From Caldicellulosiruptor naganoensis (lineage in GTDB: Bacteria > Bacillota > Thermoanaerobacteria > Caldicellulosiruptorales > Caldicellulosiruptoraceae), in assembly GCF_026914285.1 (NCBI RefSeq), contig NZ_CP113864.1, positions 148,582 to 212,581 of the forward strand: DNA of 64,000 nt, written 5' to 3'. The notes beneath the pieces are model-generated. The model was not told the origin of the DNA. It saw nothing but the letters and a program-made list of their open reading frames with translations, and searched no databases. Below are positions 9,073 to 20,040 of the stretch, one piece after another (within the stretch, counting starts at the first letter, position 1; each line of letters begins with the position of its first letter). A program made the position numbers and the translations under genes.

Positions 9073-10242
9073 TTGTTATTGTATGCTGAAATCCAAAAAA
9101 TTCTCAAAAGCAAAAAATTTTTTATTGCCTTAATAATCACAATTGGTTTCAATCTTTTTTATTGCTGGTTTGTGTATAATTATGAGAACAAAAGTGTTGA
9201 ATCTACAAAACAATATATTGCAGATACAGAAAGACAGATAAAGGAATTGCAGCAGAAATTAAAAAAAGAAAAAGACGACATGAAGAAAAGATTATATCAG
9301 GAACAAATTAATGAATTGAATAGAATTGTTCAAAAGGAAAAATTAAAAATGCAATATGCTTCTAATCCTAAGAAGGAAATAGAAGAAAGAGCCCGATATT
9401 ACAAGATGAGGTATGAAATTTCTCAGAAAGCTGGTGACTATAAAGAGCTTGAAATTAATAAGGTAAATTATCAGATTTTAAATGAAAATATAAAGAGGAA
9501 AAAATATTATAGTGTTGGTGGACAATTTGATGGATGGACTTATTTACTTAGTCAATCGTACGGAATAGCATTTTTTATAATTATTGTTTTAGCTTTGCTT
9601 ATTGGAAGTGGTATAGTTTCAGATGAATATAAGGAAGGGACAGCGAAGATTTTAAAAACTATGCCTGTGAAAAGAAGTAATATTATTTTAAGCAAATTTA
9701 TTGCAACTGTTTTGACTGTGTCCGCATTGGTCATTGGTATACAAATTGTATTTTTCATAGTTTTAAATCTTATAACAGATTCTTTTAAATACTATGATGT
9801 ATATTGTAATTGGATTTCGAGATACAAGGTGATAGGTTTTAAAGTGTATCCTGTTTTAGATAACGTGAAGTTATTAACTTTACTTGAAAGCAGCATATTA
9901 CAGTTTATGACAGAAATAGTAATTATTTTAGCTATATCTGGAATTATTGTATTTTTCTCTTCTATATTTGAAAACGGAGTATTTACGAGTATTAGTTTTA
10001 TTGCAATAATAGTAATTATAAGTATACTTCGTCAAAAGATGCTTATGATAAAAACACCAGTATTGAAGCTATTGTCATTGATATTTCCTTGGGAACTATC
10101 TGTTGTATACACGAATTATTTGCCAAATGAGTTGGATTGGATTTATGCTTCAACCTATGTTGTTATAGGGTTGAATTTACTGCTAACAATTATCTTTGTA
10201 TTGGGTTCTATAGAAATATTTAAACATAAAGAAAAAGTATAA
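9073..10242 (+). CDS. ABC-2 type transporter permease (N-terminal TM, coiled-coil ectodomain, C-terminal multi-TM bundle)
   Basis: It is 389 aa with a TTG start after the RBS aaaggagg. The membrane topology and its pairing with the downstream ATPase support the call. Confidence 0.6.
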   Translation: MLLYAEIQKILKSKKFFIALIITIGFNLFYCWFVYNYENKSVESTKQYIADTERQIKELQQKLKKEKDDMKKRLYQEQINELNRIVQKEKLKMQYASNPKKEIEERARYYKMRYEISQKAGDYKELEINKVNYQILNENIKRKKYYSVGGQFDGWTYLLSQSYGIAFFIIIVLALLIGSGIVSDEYKEGTAKILKTMPVKRSNIILSKFIATVLTVSALVIGIQIVFFIVLNLITDSFKYYDVYCNWISRYKVIGFKVYPVLDNVKLLTLLESSILQFMTEIVIILAISGIIVFFSSIFENGVFTSISFIAIIVIISILRQKMLMIKTPVLKLLSLIFPWELSVVYTNYLPNELDWIYASTYVVIGLNLLLTIIFVLGSIEIFKHKEKV

Positions 10243-10290
10243 TATAGTGTAAAAATAAAATTTGGTAATATCTAAAGGAGGCATAAAAAA

Positions 10291-11238
10291 TTGGCTGAAA
10301 ATGGATTAGAAAAAGTGATAAAAGTAAACGATGTGAACAAAAGAATAGGGAACTCTCAAATTCTAAAAGAAATAAACTTTTCAATAGAAAAAGGAGAGAT
10401 TGTTGGTCTTGTAGGACCAAATGGTGCTGGCAAAAGCACATTAATGAAAATACTGGCAGGTTTATGGTTACCAAAACCAAAAGGGAAATGTTATATTTTG
10501 GGATGTGATGTAACTAAGGAACAAGAAAGAATAGAGGTTTTAAGAAGAGCGTCATTTTTTATCGAAACACCAGCACTGTATCTTAAACTTAGTGGTTATG
10601 ATAATATAGAATTGTATGCTAAACTAAAATATGGGAGTGCCTTTAACGTTAAAGATGAGGTTAATAGGTTAGCACCATTTTTTGAATTAGAAAATAAGAT
10701 ATTAAAAAGAAAGGCAAAAACATATTCATTGGGAACAAAGCAAAAGGTTAGTTTACTTCAAATGTTTATTGGCAACCCTGAGGTGTTGATATTGGATGAA
10801 CCTTTTAATGGATTGGATCCAACCACCACAATTAAAGTTAAAGAACTCTTAAAAACACGATGGAGAGAAAATAACATAACCGTTTTAATCTCATCACATA
10901 TATTAAGTGATATAGAGGAGTTATGTTCAAGAATTATTTTTATCAAAAATGGTTCAATAATATTAGACAAAAATAAAGAAGAATTGTTAAAAAGAAATAC
11001 AGTAGTGATTTTTCATTTTACTGAAAAGGAGCATGTTGATATAGCGTGCAGGTTAATAAAAGAAAAATTACCATATATAACTGTAGAAACTCAGTTTAAT
11101 AACTCTATAAAAGTTCATAATCTAAATTCTCATTATGATGTTTTAGATATATTACAGAATGAGGGTATAAAAGTTCGAGACATAGAAGAACAAAAAATGA
11201 GTTTAGTAGATTTTTACAAACAACTTTATTTACAATAA
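10291..11238 (+). CDS. ABC transporter ATP-binding protein (partner of the 9073 permease; putative bacteriocin immunity/export)
   Basis: Walker A is GPNGAGKST, the signature is LGTKQKV, Walker B is LILDEPFNGLD. Confidence 0.85.
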   Translation: MAENGLEKVIKVNDVNKRIGNSQILKEINFSIEKGEIVGLVGPNGAGKSTLMKILAGLWLPKPKGKCYILGCDVTKEQERIEVLRRASFFIETPALYLKLSGYDNIELYAKLKYGSAFNVKDEVNRLAPFFELENKILKRKAKTYSLGTKQKVSLLQMFIGNPEVLILDEPFNGLDPTTTIKVKELLKTRWRENNITVLISSHILSDIEELCSRIIFIKNGSIILDKNKEELLKRNTVVIFHFTEKEHVDIACRLIKEKLPYITVETQFNNSIKVHNLNSHYDVLDILQNEGIKVRDIEEQKMSLVDFYKQLYLQ

Positions 11239-11372
11239 TCAAGAACTTTTTAAATTAAAAGATATACCTATTAGAGATAAAAATAGTTACAGAAGAAATA
11301 GGAGTTACTCTATAGTTTGCTAAGATTAGCGAACAATTACAAGGAAGTATAACAAAATATATTTTAAAATAG

Positions 11373-12474
11373 AGATTGTTGAATAAAAGAAATAACCATA
11401 TAGAGTAAACATAGAAAAAAAAGAAAAAATCCCCCTTGTGTTATAATTTTAATTTAAGAGAAAAACACAAAAAAACACAAGGGGGAAAAGATATACATGA
11501 ATATTAAATCACAAAATGAGAAATTTTCAAAGCTGCTTTTTGTAATAAAAAGGTTACTGAAGTTTTATCGAGGAAGATAAAGCAAAATAGAAGGGGACGA
11601 CCGAGGAAATTTAATCTGTTTCAGATAATAGCTTGTTTGGTTTATAAAGTTAAAAAGGGGATAAAGAGTTTCAGAGAATTAGAATATCGAATAAATCAAA
11701 ACAAAGAGTTTAAGCAAGTAGTAGGTATAGAAGAAAGTCCGGACTATTCATATTTTGCAAAGTTATCAAGAAAAATAGAAGAAGAATACATGCAAGATAT
11801 AAAAGATGTATTAATAGCTGAAATAGAACCTGATATGAGTATAGTGATAGTAGACTCTACGCCGCTTAGAAGTGCCAAAAATGATTCAGAAGCAAAAATA
11901 GGTATACATATTACAATAGGATTTTACAGGGGATACAAATTACATTTTTTGTGTACAGGTAAAGAAGAAGTAATACCACTTTTCTGGATTTTACAGAGGC
12001 AAATGAATAGACGTGCGACAAGAAGAGCTTTTGTATAGGGCATGGGGCTCTTTGGCTGTGAGATTGTATTAGCAGATGCGGGATACGATTGTAGTAGAAT
12101 AGTTTAATATAGCAAATGAGCTTAAAGTTAAATTTGTTGCCGGGATAAACAAAAGAAACATGAAAGATATAAACAATGTTAGCAATAGTTTTAAAAGCAA
12201 GAACATAAGATTTTTAGAAACTGAAGAGGGTAAAAAGTTATACAGGCAGAGAACAAAGATTGAAAGACTACTTAGCAAATTAAAAGGTGAATATAATCTT
12301 GAGAATGTAAGGCTCAAGGGATTTAGAAATTATAAAAGGTATATTGATTGGATACTAACCTGTTTGAGCAACTTCTTAGAAAGTTAGAAGGTAAAAAGTT
12401 TTCTTTCGCTTATGAATGGAATCAATAATTTATGTTTGTTTTATGCATTGCTGGTAATATTTTTTATTCAACAA
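11373..12474 (+). mobile_element. Roughly 1.1-kb IS5/IS4-like insertion sequence with terminal inverted repeats (ggttgttgaataaaa / ttttattcaacaacc)
   Basis: TIRs at 11373-11390 and 12458-12474. An internal subterminal hairpin is present. There is an inverted partial second copy at 1-556. Confidence 0.75.
11637..12387 (+). pseudogene. Degenerate DDE transposase of the IS (in-frame TAG at 12036, 1-nt frameshift near 12102)
   Basis: The N-terminal part spans 11637-12038. The LADAGYD (DDE) segment after the TAG is in the same frame. The C-terminal part, ...YRQRTKIERLLSKLKGEYNLE..., lies in the +1 frame. Confidence 0.7.
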
Positions 12475-12500
12475 CCTAATTATATAAAACATAAAAATAT

Positions 12501-13220
12501 TTAAACACCCTTGATTTTATCAGACCATATAATTTTATGTATCTGAAGCTGCACTCTTGTATCAAAAAGCTTGTTTTCAATAAGAAATTTTACAATTTCA
12601 GCGGGTTTTATCATTCCAAAGACAGGACTGAAAAAGATATTGCACCTTGGCTTGAAGGTCTTTATTATTCTTTCCGCACTTTTTAAATCTTCGAATGTGC
12701 CAACAACAAACTTGAGCACATCTTTTTTGCCAAGAAAGTTGATATTGTCAACAATCATCCTGTCTTCCATACCGCTTGATGGGCACTTGTAATCCATGGT
12801 GATAATAACATCTCGTGGCAGATTTTTTATGCTGACAGAACCGTTTGTTTCGACGTTGACCTCAAATCCTTCTCTTATTAATCTGTCTATTAATAAGTAA
12901 ATATAAGGTTGTATAAGAGGCTCTCCACCAGTGAGCGTAACTCTTTTAATTTCTGTTGAAGCAATAAAGTTCATGAGATTATCAACATCAATTTCTTCAT
13001 ATTCTGGATTTTCATTTGCGTACTTTGTATCACACCAAGAACAACTGAGATTACATCCTGCAAACCGCACAAACACGGCAGGATATCCACTTCTTATGCC
13101 TTCTCCTTCGATACTTACAAATTTTTCCACTACATTAAATTTGATAGTATTTTCGTTCTTAATGGTTTGAGCCGACAATGATACCATCACCCTTTTTGAA
13201 ATCTTCTTTAATTTTAACAT
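12501..13220 (-). CDS. queE: 7-carboxy-7-deazaguanine synthase (radical SAM QueE), paralog 1; start codon ambiguous
   Basis: Motifs VSIEGEG and FVRFAGCNLSCSWCDTKY (CxxxCxxC). The N-terminal core is about 85% identical to the ORF at 63067..63732. Confidence 0.8.
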   Translation of the reverse strand: MLKLKKISKRVMVSLSAQTIKNENTIKFNVVEKFVSIEGEGIRSGYPAVFVRFAGCNLSCSWCDTKYANENPEYEEIDVDNLMNFIASTEIKRVTLTGGEPLIQPYIYLLIDRLIREGFEVNVETNGSVSIKNLPRDVIITMDYKCPSSGMEDRMIVDNINFLGKKDVLKFVVGTFEDLKSAERIIKTFKPRCNIFFSPVFGMIKPAEIVKFLIENKLFDTRVQLQIHKIIWSDKIKGV

Positions 13221-13307
13221 ATTGACAACTTTCTATTCAAAGAGTAAAATTTAATTCGTATCAAAAATATTTATATTCGAAATATTCGATACGAAATAAT
13301 TTATTAC

Positions 13308-13751
13308 ATGGTGGTGCAAATGGAATTAAGAGAAAAGAAAATAAGGCTTTTAAGGTTACTAAAAGAAGTGTCAGTCAAAATAAAAGAGGCGCTAAAGTAT
13401 AGAAGGGATGAATTTGAAATACCTGCACCTCATTGGATGATAATGGCGATGCTTGATGAAAACGGAAAAATGAAGGTGGGTGATTTGAGCAAAAAGATTG
13501 GTCTTTCAAACAGCACAGTGTCAGGAATATTAGATAAGTTGGAAGAACAGGGGTTTATTGAAAGAATTAGAAGTAATGAAGACAGGAGAGTTGTTTGGGT
13601 GCAAACAACTCAAAAGTTCAAAGAATGTCTCTACGAGCACTTCAAAGAGGCAGAAAAGCAGTTTGAAAATTTACTTAGCAAAGCAACAGAGGATGAGATA
13701 GACAAAGTGCTTGAAGGTTTTGAAACACTCAAAAGAATCTTGGAAAGATAA
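13308..13751 (+). CDS. MarR-family transcriptional regulator
   Basis: A winged-HTH segment (KVGDLSKKIGLSNSTVSGILDKLEEQGFIERIRSNEDRRVV) in a 147-aa ORF. Confidence 0.85.
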   Translation: MVVQMELREKKIRLLRLLKEVSVKIKEALKYRRDEFEIPAPHWMIMAMLDENGKMKVGDLSKKIGLSNSTVSGILDKLEEQGFIERIRSNEDRRVVWVQTTQKFKECLYEHFKEAEKQFENLLSKATEDEIDKVLEGFETLKRILER

Positions 13752-13787
13752 AAACTCAAAATATAATAGCAAAAGGGTGATTGTAAA

Positions 13788-16013
13788 TTGAAGAAGGTTT
13801 TGAAATATCTAAAACCTTACACGCTACTTGTTTTAGCAGCAATTTTGTTTGTATTCATTCAAGCCATGAGTGAGCTCACGCTGCCAGATTATATGTCAAA
13901 AATAGTAAATGTGGGGATACAGCAAAGCGGTATCGAAAATGCAGTACCTGAGGCTATAAGAAGTTCTACCATGGAAAAGGTGCTTTTGTTTGTCCCGCAA
14001 AATAAAAAAGATGATATTTTGAGCATGTATAAGCGTGTGACAAAAAATTCTGTTGATTACAGTAAGTATCTCAAAAAATATCCTATTTTATCAAGGGAAG
14101 ATGTCTATGTATTAAAGACAAAAGAAAAGGACAAGATTGATAAGGTAAATGTTGATTTAGGCAAGGCGATTTTGGCTGCTTTTGGCATTGAAAAGATGAT
14201 GTCAAGTGCAAAAGGCAAAAGTTTTAACTTTAATGGCAGGCAAATACCAGCCGGAGTAGACCTTTTTGCTATCTTAAAACAGCTTCCACAGCAGCAGGTT
14301 ATGCAGATTCAGCAGGAAATCAACAAAAAGTTTGCATCGCTTGGCGACAGCATGATAGTTCAGGCAGCAGCTTCTGCAATAAAAGATGAGTATAAAAAGA
14401 TTGGAATAGACATAGGCAAAATACAGACTTCATATATCATCAAGATGGGTCTTTTGATGCTTCTTTTGACATTGATTTCAGCAATCTCAACCGTTTTAGT
14501 TGCTATCTTTGCTGCAAAATCTGCAGCAGGCGTTGCAAGGGATATGAGAAAAGATGTGTTTTCTACGGTTGAGAGCTTTTCGATTGAGGAATTTGACAAG
14601 TTTTCAACAGCATCGCTCATCACAAGAACAACAAACGATATCATGCAGATTCAGATGCTTCTTGTGATTTCAATCAGAATGATATTCTTTGCACCTGTAA
14701 TGGGAATTGGAGGTGTGTTCAAAGCACTTTCAAAGAGCCATTCAATGTCGTGGATCATTGCGCTTGCTGTGATTGTACTTCTGGGGCTTATCATGATTTT
14801 GTATGCCATTGCAATGCCAAAGTTTATGATTATGCAAAAGCTGATAGATAAGCTAAACCTTGTGGCAAGAGAAAATCTGTCTGGTATCATGGTTGTTCGT
14901 GCATTCAACGCACAGAAGTTTGAAGAAGAGAGGTTTGACGAGGCAAACAAAGATCTTACAAAAGTAGGTCTTTTTGTTAACAGGGCAATGGCAGTGCTTT
15001 TCCCGTCCATGATGTTTATCATGAACGGTGTGACGCTTTTGATTGTATGGGTAGGATCTCACTATATTCAAAATTCGAGCATGCAGGTTGGTGACATGCT
15101 TGCGTTCATGCAGTATTCTATCCAGATAATCTTTGCGTTCTTGATGCTTTCCATGCTATTTATATTAGTACCAAGAGCAGCTGTATCAGCAAGACGTGTT
15201 GAAGAAGTGCTGTCAACACAGCCTTCAATTAAAAATCCTGCAAAGCCTGAAGAGTTCAAAGAGGACTTGAAAGGAATGGTAGAGTTCAAAAACGTGTCGT
15301 TTAAATACCCTGGTGCAGAAGAATATGTTTTACAGAACATAAACTTCAAGATCCTGCCTGGTCAGACAGTTGGAATTATTGGAAGGACAGGAAGTGGGAA
15401 GAGCACTCTTGTAAACCTTATCATGAGGTTTTATGATGCAACAGAAGGGCAGGTTTTGGTAAACGGCGTTGATGTTAAAAAGGTAAGGCTGGAAGATTTA
15501 AGATCAAAGATAGGGTATGTTCCGCAAAAAAGCTGGCTTTTCAGCGGCACAATCAGGTCAAACCTCAAGATTGGCAACGACTTTGCAACAGATGAGGATT
15601 TAAGGCAGGCTGCTGAGATTGCACAGGCACTTGAATTTATAGAGGAAAAGCCACAAAAGTTTGATACTGAGATTGCACAAGGTTGAAGCAACGTCTCAGG
15701 TGGGCAAAAACAAAGACTTTCGATTGCAAGAGCGCTTGTCAAAAATCCTGATATTTATATATTTGACGAGAGCTTTTCGGCTCTTGACTTTAGAACTGAG
15801 CTGAAACTCAGGAGAGCTTTGAAAGAAAAGCTAAAAGACAAAACTGTAATAATAGTGTCTCAAAGAATTGCAACCTTGCTTCACGCAGACCAGATAATAG
15901 TGCTCGAAGATGGCAAAGTTGTCGGTATTGGAAAGCATGAGGAGCTTCTAAAAAGCTGTGAAACATACAGAGAATTAGCACTTTCGCAGCTTCCAGAGGA
16001 GGCAGTTTCATGA
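13788..16013 (+). pseudogene. ABC exporter permease/ATPase (heterodimer half, with a large first extracellular loop) interrupted by an in-frame TGA at 15684-15686
   Basis: The TMD and Walker A (GRTGSGKST) precede ...EIAQG*SNVSGGQKQRLSIARAL...IYIFDESFSALD in the same frame. The stop replaces the conserved Gly of GERG. Confidence 0.8.
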
Positions 16014-17893
16014 CTGAAAGACAGGACAGACCCTCACAGATGCATCTAAGAAGGCCAAGAAGACATGGTCCGGGACCTATGGGACCTGGGTTTGTGGGTG
16101 AAAAGCCCAAGGATTTTAAAACTGCTATGAAAAAGCTCATAAGGTATTTATCTGCTTACAAGGTTTCACTTGTTGCAGTGATGGTTCTTGCAATGCTATC
16201 TGCTGCATTTTCAATTGCAGGACCTAAAATACTTAGCAAAGCAATAACAAAGATATTCGAAGGCATCATGAACAGAATAACAGGCACAGGAAATGGCATT
16301 GATTTTGAGTATGTTGGTAAAATCGTTTTAATTTTGCTGGGGCTGTATATTGTAAGTGCTCTTTTTGGCTACATTCAGGGCTGGATAATGTCAGGCATTT
16401 CGATGAAGCTAACATACAGACTCAGAAAAGAGATCTCTCAAAAGATTAACAGGCTTCCTTTGAAGTACTTTGAAGGCACAAACCAGGGTGAGATACTGTC
16501 AAGAATCACAAACGATGTTGACACACTCACACAGACATTAAATCAGAGCCTCACACAGATAATAACCTCAACAACGATGGTTATCGGCGCGCTGATAATG
16601 ATGCTCAGCATAAATGTCTTGATGACAGTTGTTGCACTGCTTATAATCCCTTTTTCTTTTTCAGTTGTTGCGCTCATAATTGGGAAGTCACAAAAGTTTT
16701 TCATGCAACAGCAGGAATATTTAGGGCATGTGAATGGTCATGTTGAAGAGGTTTACGGTGGACACGTTGTTATCAAGGCTTTCAATGCTGAGAAAAAGAG
16801 CATAGAAAAGTTCAATAGCCTCAATGACAAGTTATATGATGCTGCATGGAAATCACAGTTTTTGACAGGCGTCATGATGCCGCTTATGAACATCATAGGT
16901 AATCTTGGGTATGTTGTTGTGACAGTACTTGGTAGTTACCTTACAATAAAAGGAGCAATTGAGGTTGGCGACATTCAGGCGTTTGCCCAGTATATAAGGT
17001 CGTTCACACAGCCCATTGCCCAAATCGCCAACATCTCAAACATCCTGCAGCAAACAGCTGCTTGTAGCGAAAGGGTGTTTGAGTTTCTGGAACAAGAGGA
17101 AGAAGTTCCAGATACACCAAATCCGGAGATTAAGCTTGACAGAATAAAAGGAGATGTAGAGTTTAGAAACGTCAGGTTTGGTTACAGACCAGACAAGGTT
17201 GTTATAAACAACTTTTCAGCAAGAATCAAAGCTGGGCAGAAGATTGCAATTGTTGGTCCGACAGGTGCAGGAAAGACCACAATTGTAAAGCTTTTGATGA
17301 GGTTTTACGATGTTAATGATGGAAGCATCTTGACAGATGGTCATGACATAAGGGAATTTAGGCGCGAAGATTTGAGGTCGTTTTTTGGCATGGTGCTTCA
17401 GGACACATGGCTGTACAATGGCACAATCAAAGACAACATCCGTTATGGCAAGCCAGATGCAACAGATGAAGAAGTAATAAGAGCTGCAAAGCTTGCACAT
17501 GCAGACCATTTTATAAGAACATTGCCACAGGGTTATGATACAGTGCTAAATGAAGAAACAACAAATATTTCTCAAGGTCAAAAACAGCTTTTGACAATTG
17601 CAAGGGCAATCCTCAAAGACCCCAAAATTTTGATACTTGACGAGGCAACAAGCTCTGTTGACACTTTGACAGAGATCCAGATACAAAAGGCAATGGACAA
17701 TCTCATGAAAGGAAGGACATCGTTTATAATAGCCCACAGGCTTTCGACAATAAGAAACGCAGACCTCATTTTGGTCATGGACCATGGCGACATTGTTGAG
17801 CAAGGTACACACAAAGAACTTTTGCAAAAAGGCGGATTTTATGCTCAGCTTTACTACAGCCAGTTCGAAAAGGAAGAAGAGCTTGCAGGATAA
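16010..17893 (+). CDS. ABC exporter permease/ATPase (heterodimer partner, intact)
   Basis: Six-TM domain. Walker A is GPTGAGKTT, the signature is ISQGQKQLL, Walker B is ILILDEATSSVD. ATGA overlap with the upstream gene. Confidence 0.9.
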   Translation: MTERQDRPSQMHLRRPRRHGPGPMGPGFVGEKPKDFKTAMKKLIRYLSAYKVSLVAVMVLAMLSAAFSIAGPKILSKAITKIFEGIMNRITGTGNGIDFEYVGKIVLILLGLYIVSALFGYIQGWIMSGISMKLTYRLRKEISQKINRLPLKYFEGTNQGEILSRITNDVDTLTQTLNQSLTQIITSTTMVIGALIMMLSINVLMTVVALLIIPFSFSVVALIIGKSQKFFMQQQEYLGHVNGHVEEVYGGHVVIKAFNAEKKSIEKFNSLNDKLYDAAWKSQFLTGVMMPLMNIIGNLGYVVVTVLGSYLTIKGAIEVGDIQAFAQYIRSFTQPIAQIANISNILQQTAACSERVFEFLEQEEEVPDTPNPEIKLDRIKGDVEFRNVRFGYRPDKVVINNFSARIKAGQKIAIVGPTGAGKTTIVKLLMRFYDVNDGSILTDGHDIREFRREDLRSFFGMVLQDTWLYNGTIKDNIRYGKPDATDEEVIRAAKLAHADHFIRTLPQGYDTVLNEETTNISQGQKQLLTIARAILKDPKILILDEATSSVDTLTEIQIQKAMDNLMKGRTSFIIAHRLSTIRNADLILVMDHGDIVEQGTHKELLQKGGFYAQLYYSQFEKEEELAG

Positions 17894-17918
17894 AAAGACA
17901 TTTTACCATATAAGTTGT

Positions 17919-17960
17919 GGGCCCTGGATGGCTATATTTCCCAGGGTACTTTTGTTTTCT
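17919..17960 (+). terminator. Rho-independent terminator after the ABC exporter operon
   Basis: Stem gggccctgg/ccagggtac followed by a T-run. Confidence 0.6.
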
Positions 17961-18149
17961 CTTGACTTTGTCAGTTAGGAGGAGTTTTTGAGCTAACAAA
18001 AAATAACAAAGTCTTAATTTATGCGGGTTTTGAGAATAGAAAAATAAAAAATTTTAAAAATTGTAGTGACAAATTATAGTCTGAAATGTGCTATAAATAC
18101 TTGACATTTTGAATATTTTGTGGTACAACTACTCAAAATACCCTTGAGG

Positions 18150-18740
18150 AGTTACCATATGTTTGTCAAAATAACTAATGCTGGCGGTTACCAGTATGTT
18201 AGATTAGTCGAAAACTATCGTGAAAATGCCAAGGAAAAACAAAGAGTGTTATTTAATTTTGGCAGACTTGATCTTTTCAAAAGTGATCCTGCTTTTAAAA
18301 ACATTGTAAAAAAACTATCCGACATTGTTGAAAAAACAACTACTGGAAATACAAAAGCTGTTACTATTGAATCTGAAAGAGGATGTATCGGATGCAGTTA
18401 TAAAAAATTGGGGATACATTGTATTCAGAAAGTTATGGGAAGAACTTGAAATAGATAAGTTTTCAAAAGAGAAAGCAACAAAAGGGAGAAAGATAAAATT
18501 TGATGTAGACAAAGTAAGTTTTTTAATGACCATACAGAGATTGATAGAACCTATGAGCAAACTAAGAACTTATCATCAGAGAAATAAATATTTTGGATTT
18601 GAAGAGGATATAGATTTAAATCAGTTGTACAGGTGTTTAGATTTTCTTGACAGTATAAAAGAGGATTTAGAGACGTATCTGTATCAGAAAAATAGGGATT
18701 TATTTAAGATGGTAGTTGATGTAGTTTTTATGACGTGACG
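18150..18740 (+). pseudogene. N-terminal fragment of an IS1634-family transposase (frameshifted, truncated)
   Basis: MFVKITNAGGYQYVRLVENYRENAKEKQRVLFNFG... continues in a second frame and ends without a catalytic domain. Confidence 0.5.
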
Positions 18741-18799
18741 ACAATATACTTTGAGAGTTGTAGAGCCGATGAACTTAAAAATTTTAGTAGAGACTTGTC

Positions 18800-20040
18800 A
18801 AGAATTTTGTGTTTCCACGTCAATAGCGCATATTGTAGAGCTGTAATATATTGTAACTACATTTTTTAAGAATAGGTATTCTGTTTTTCCACTTGCCCCG
18901 ACGCAAGTTTTCTCTTTGTAAATATATGTTTATCTTTAAAACTTCTACAGATTGAAAATAACCACCGGAGTTTATTCTTATCTTTTCAATCATACTGTTA
19001 ACACTTTCTACTGCATTGGTAGTATAGATATGCTTTCTTAAATCTTCAGGATACTTCATATGTGCAAGATAGAACTCTGCTTTTTTGGAAATACCCTTTA
19101 TGAATCTGGGGTATTTTGAGAAATATTGATTACAAAGTTCTTTAAACTTTAAAACTGCTTCATCAAAGTAAGAAGAGGAAGTTCTTAATTTATCAAGTTC
19201 TTTGTTGAAAACAGAAGCATCATATCAAGTCTATTTTTTTCTAACGTTGCGTTGAAGGTGAACAAAAAAAGCTTTATGGTCGGCAAGGGGATAAGCGAGC
19301 CGAGCAGCATCGATTATGCCTGGGAAATTATTGCTTACAACTATTAAGACTTTTTTAAGACCTCTTGTAATTAAGTCGTCAAAGACTCTCATCCAATCGG
19401 CTTTGTTTTCTTTGCCGAAGAAAGGACAGAATACCGAAGATATCTTTTTTGCCTTCTAAATCAATACCGAGGACAACATAGCAAGTAGCTTGTTTAACTT
19501 TTGAGTTATCTTTAATTTCGCTTTTGAATAACCGTCAATGATAAGAGCAAAAGCACAACCATCGAAGTTCTCTTTGTTTGAAAAGTTGAAGCTCGTTTTT
19601 AAGATCGTTTTAGATTTTTTCGATTTCGTCTTCAGAATAAGGCAGATTCATGCTTTTAAGAGTTTGGACAAGAGAACGCTCAAGAGTAACCGTTGACATA
19701 CTTGTGACATAAGCAGGGAAGTAGTTGAGCTGTCAACCCTTTTGTAGCGAAAAGAAGAGAATAGAAGGTCGAAAGTTCTAAGGGCGTGTACGAGGAACAG
19801 AAATTTCAAGACACAAGGCAGGTGTTGCAAGTTTTACTTCAATAGAAGCCATTGCCCTTATCGTTTTTGTTTTTCGCAAGGTAAACAGTTCTTTCTGATA
19901 ACATAAAGCAATCGAGCAAGTTTTCCAAAAGCTGTTTTAAAGCTGGGCGAGTAGGATCATCACAGGAAGCAATACATATTTAATACTTGCTCGATAGCCA
20001 TATTTTTAGCGGTTTCAAAAATTTCATTTTTCTCCATAAT
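18800..20040 (-). mobile_element. Degenerate IS256-family element (transposase with multiple frameshifts/stops)
   Basis: Minus-strand translation begins MEKNEIFETAKNMAIEQVLN..., has an internal VVLGIDLEGKKDIFGI segment, and ends C-terminally ...YPEDLRKHIYTTNAVESVNSMIEK. The pieces lie in different frames. Confidence 0.6.

Noticed and set aside
15684-15686. Reassigned UGA=Gly genetic code (as in Gracilibacteria/SR1) to explain the in-frame TGA at a conserved Gly
   Set aside because: TGA is clearly used as a normal stop throughout the window (e.g. the ends of the C39-ABC gene, recD2 fragments and many others). A code reassignment is untenable.
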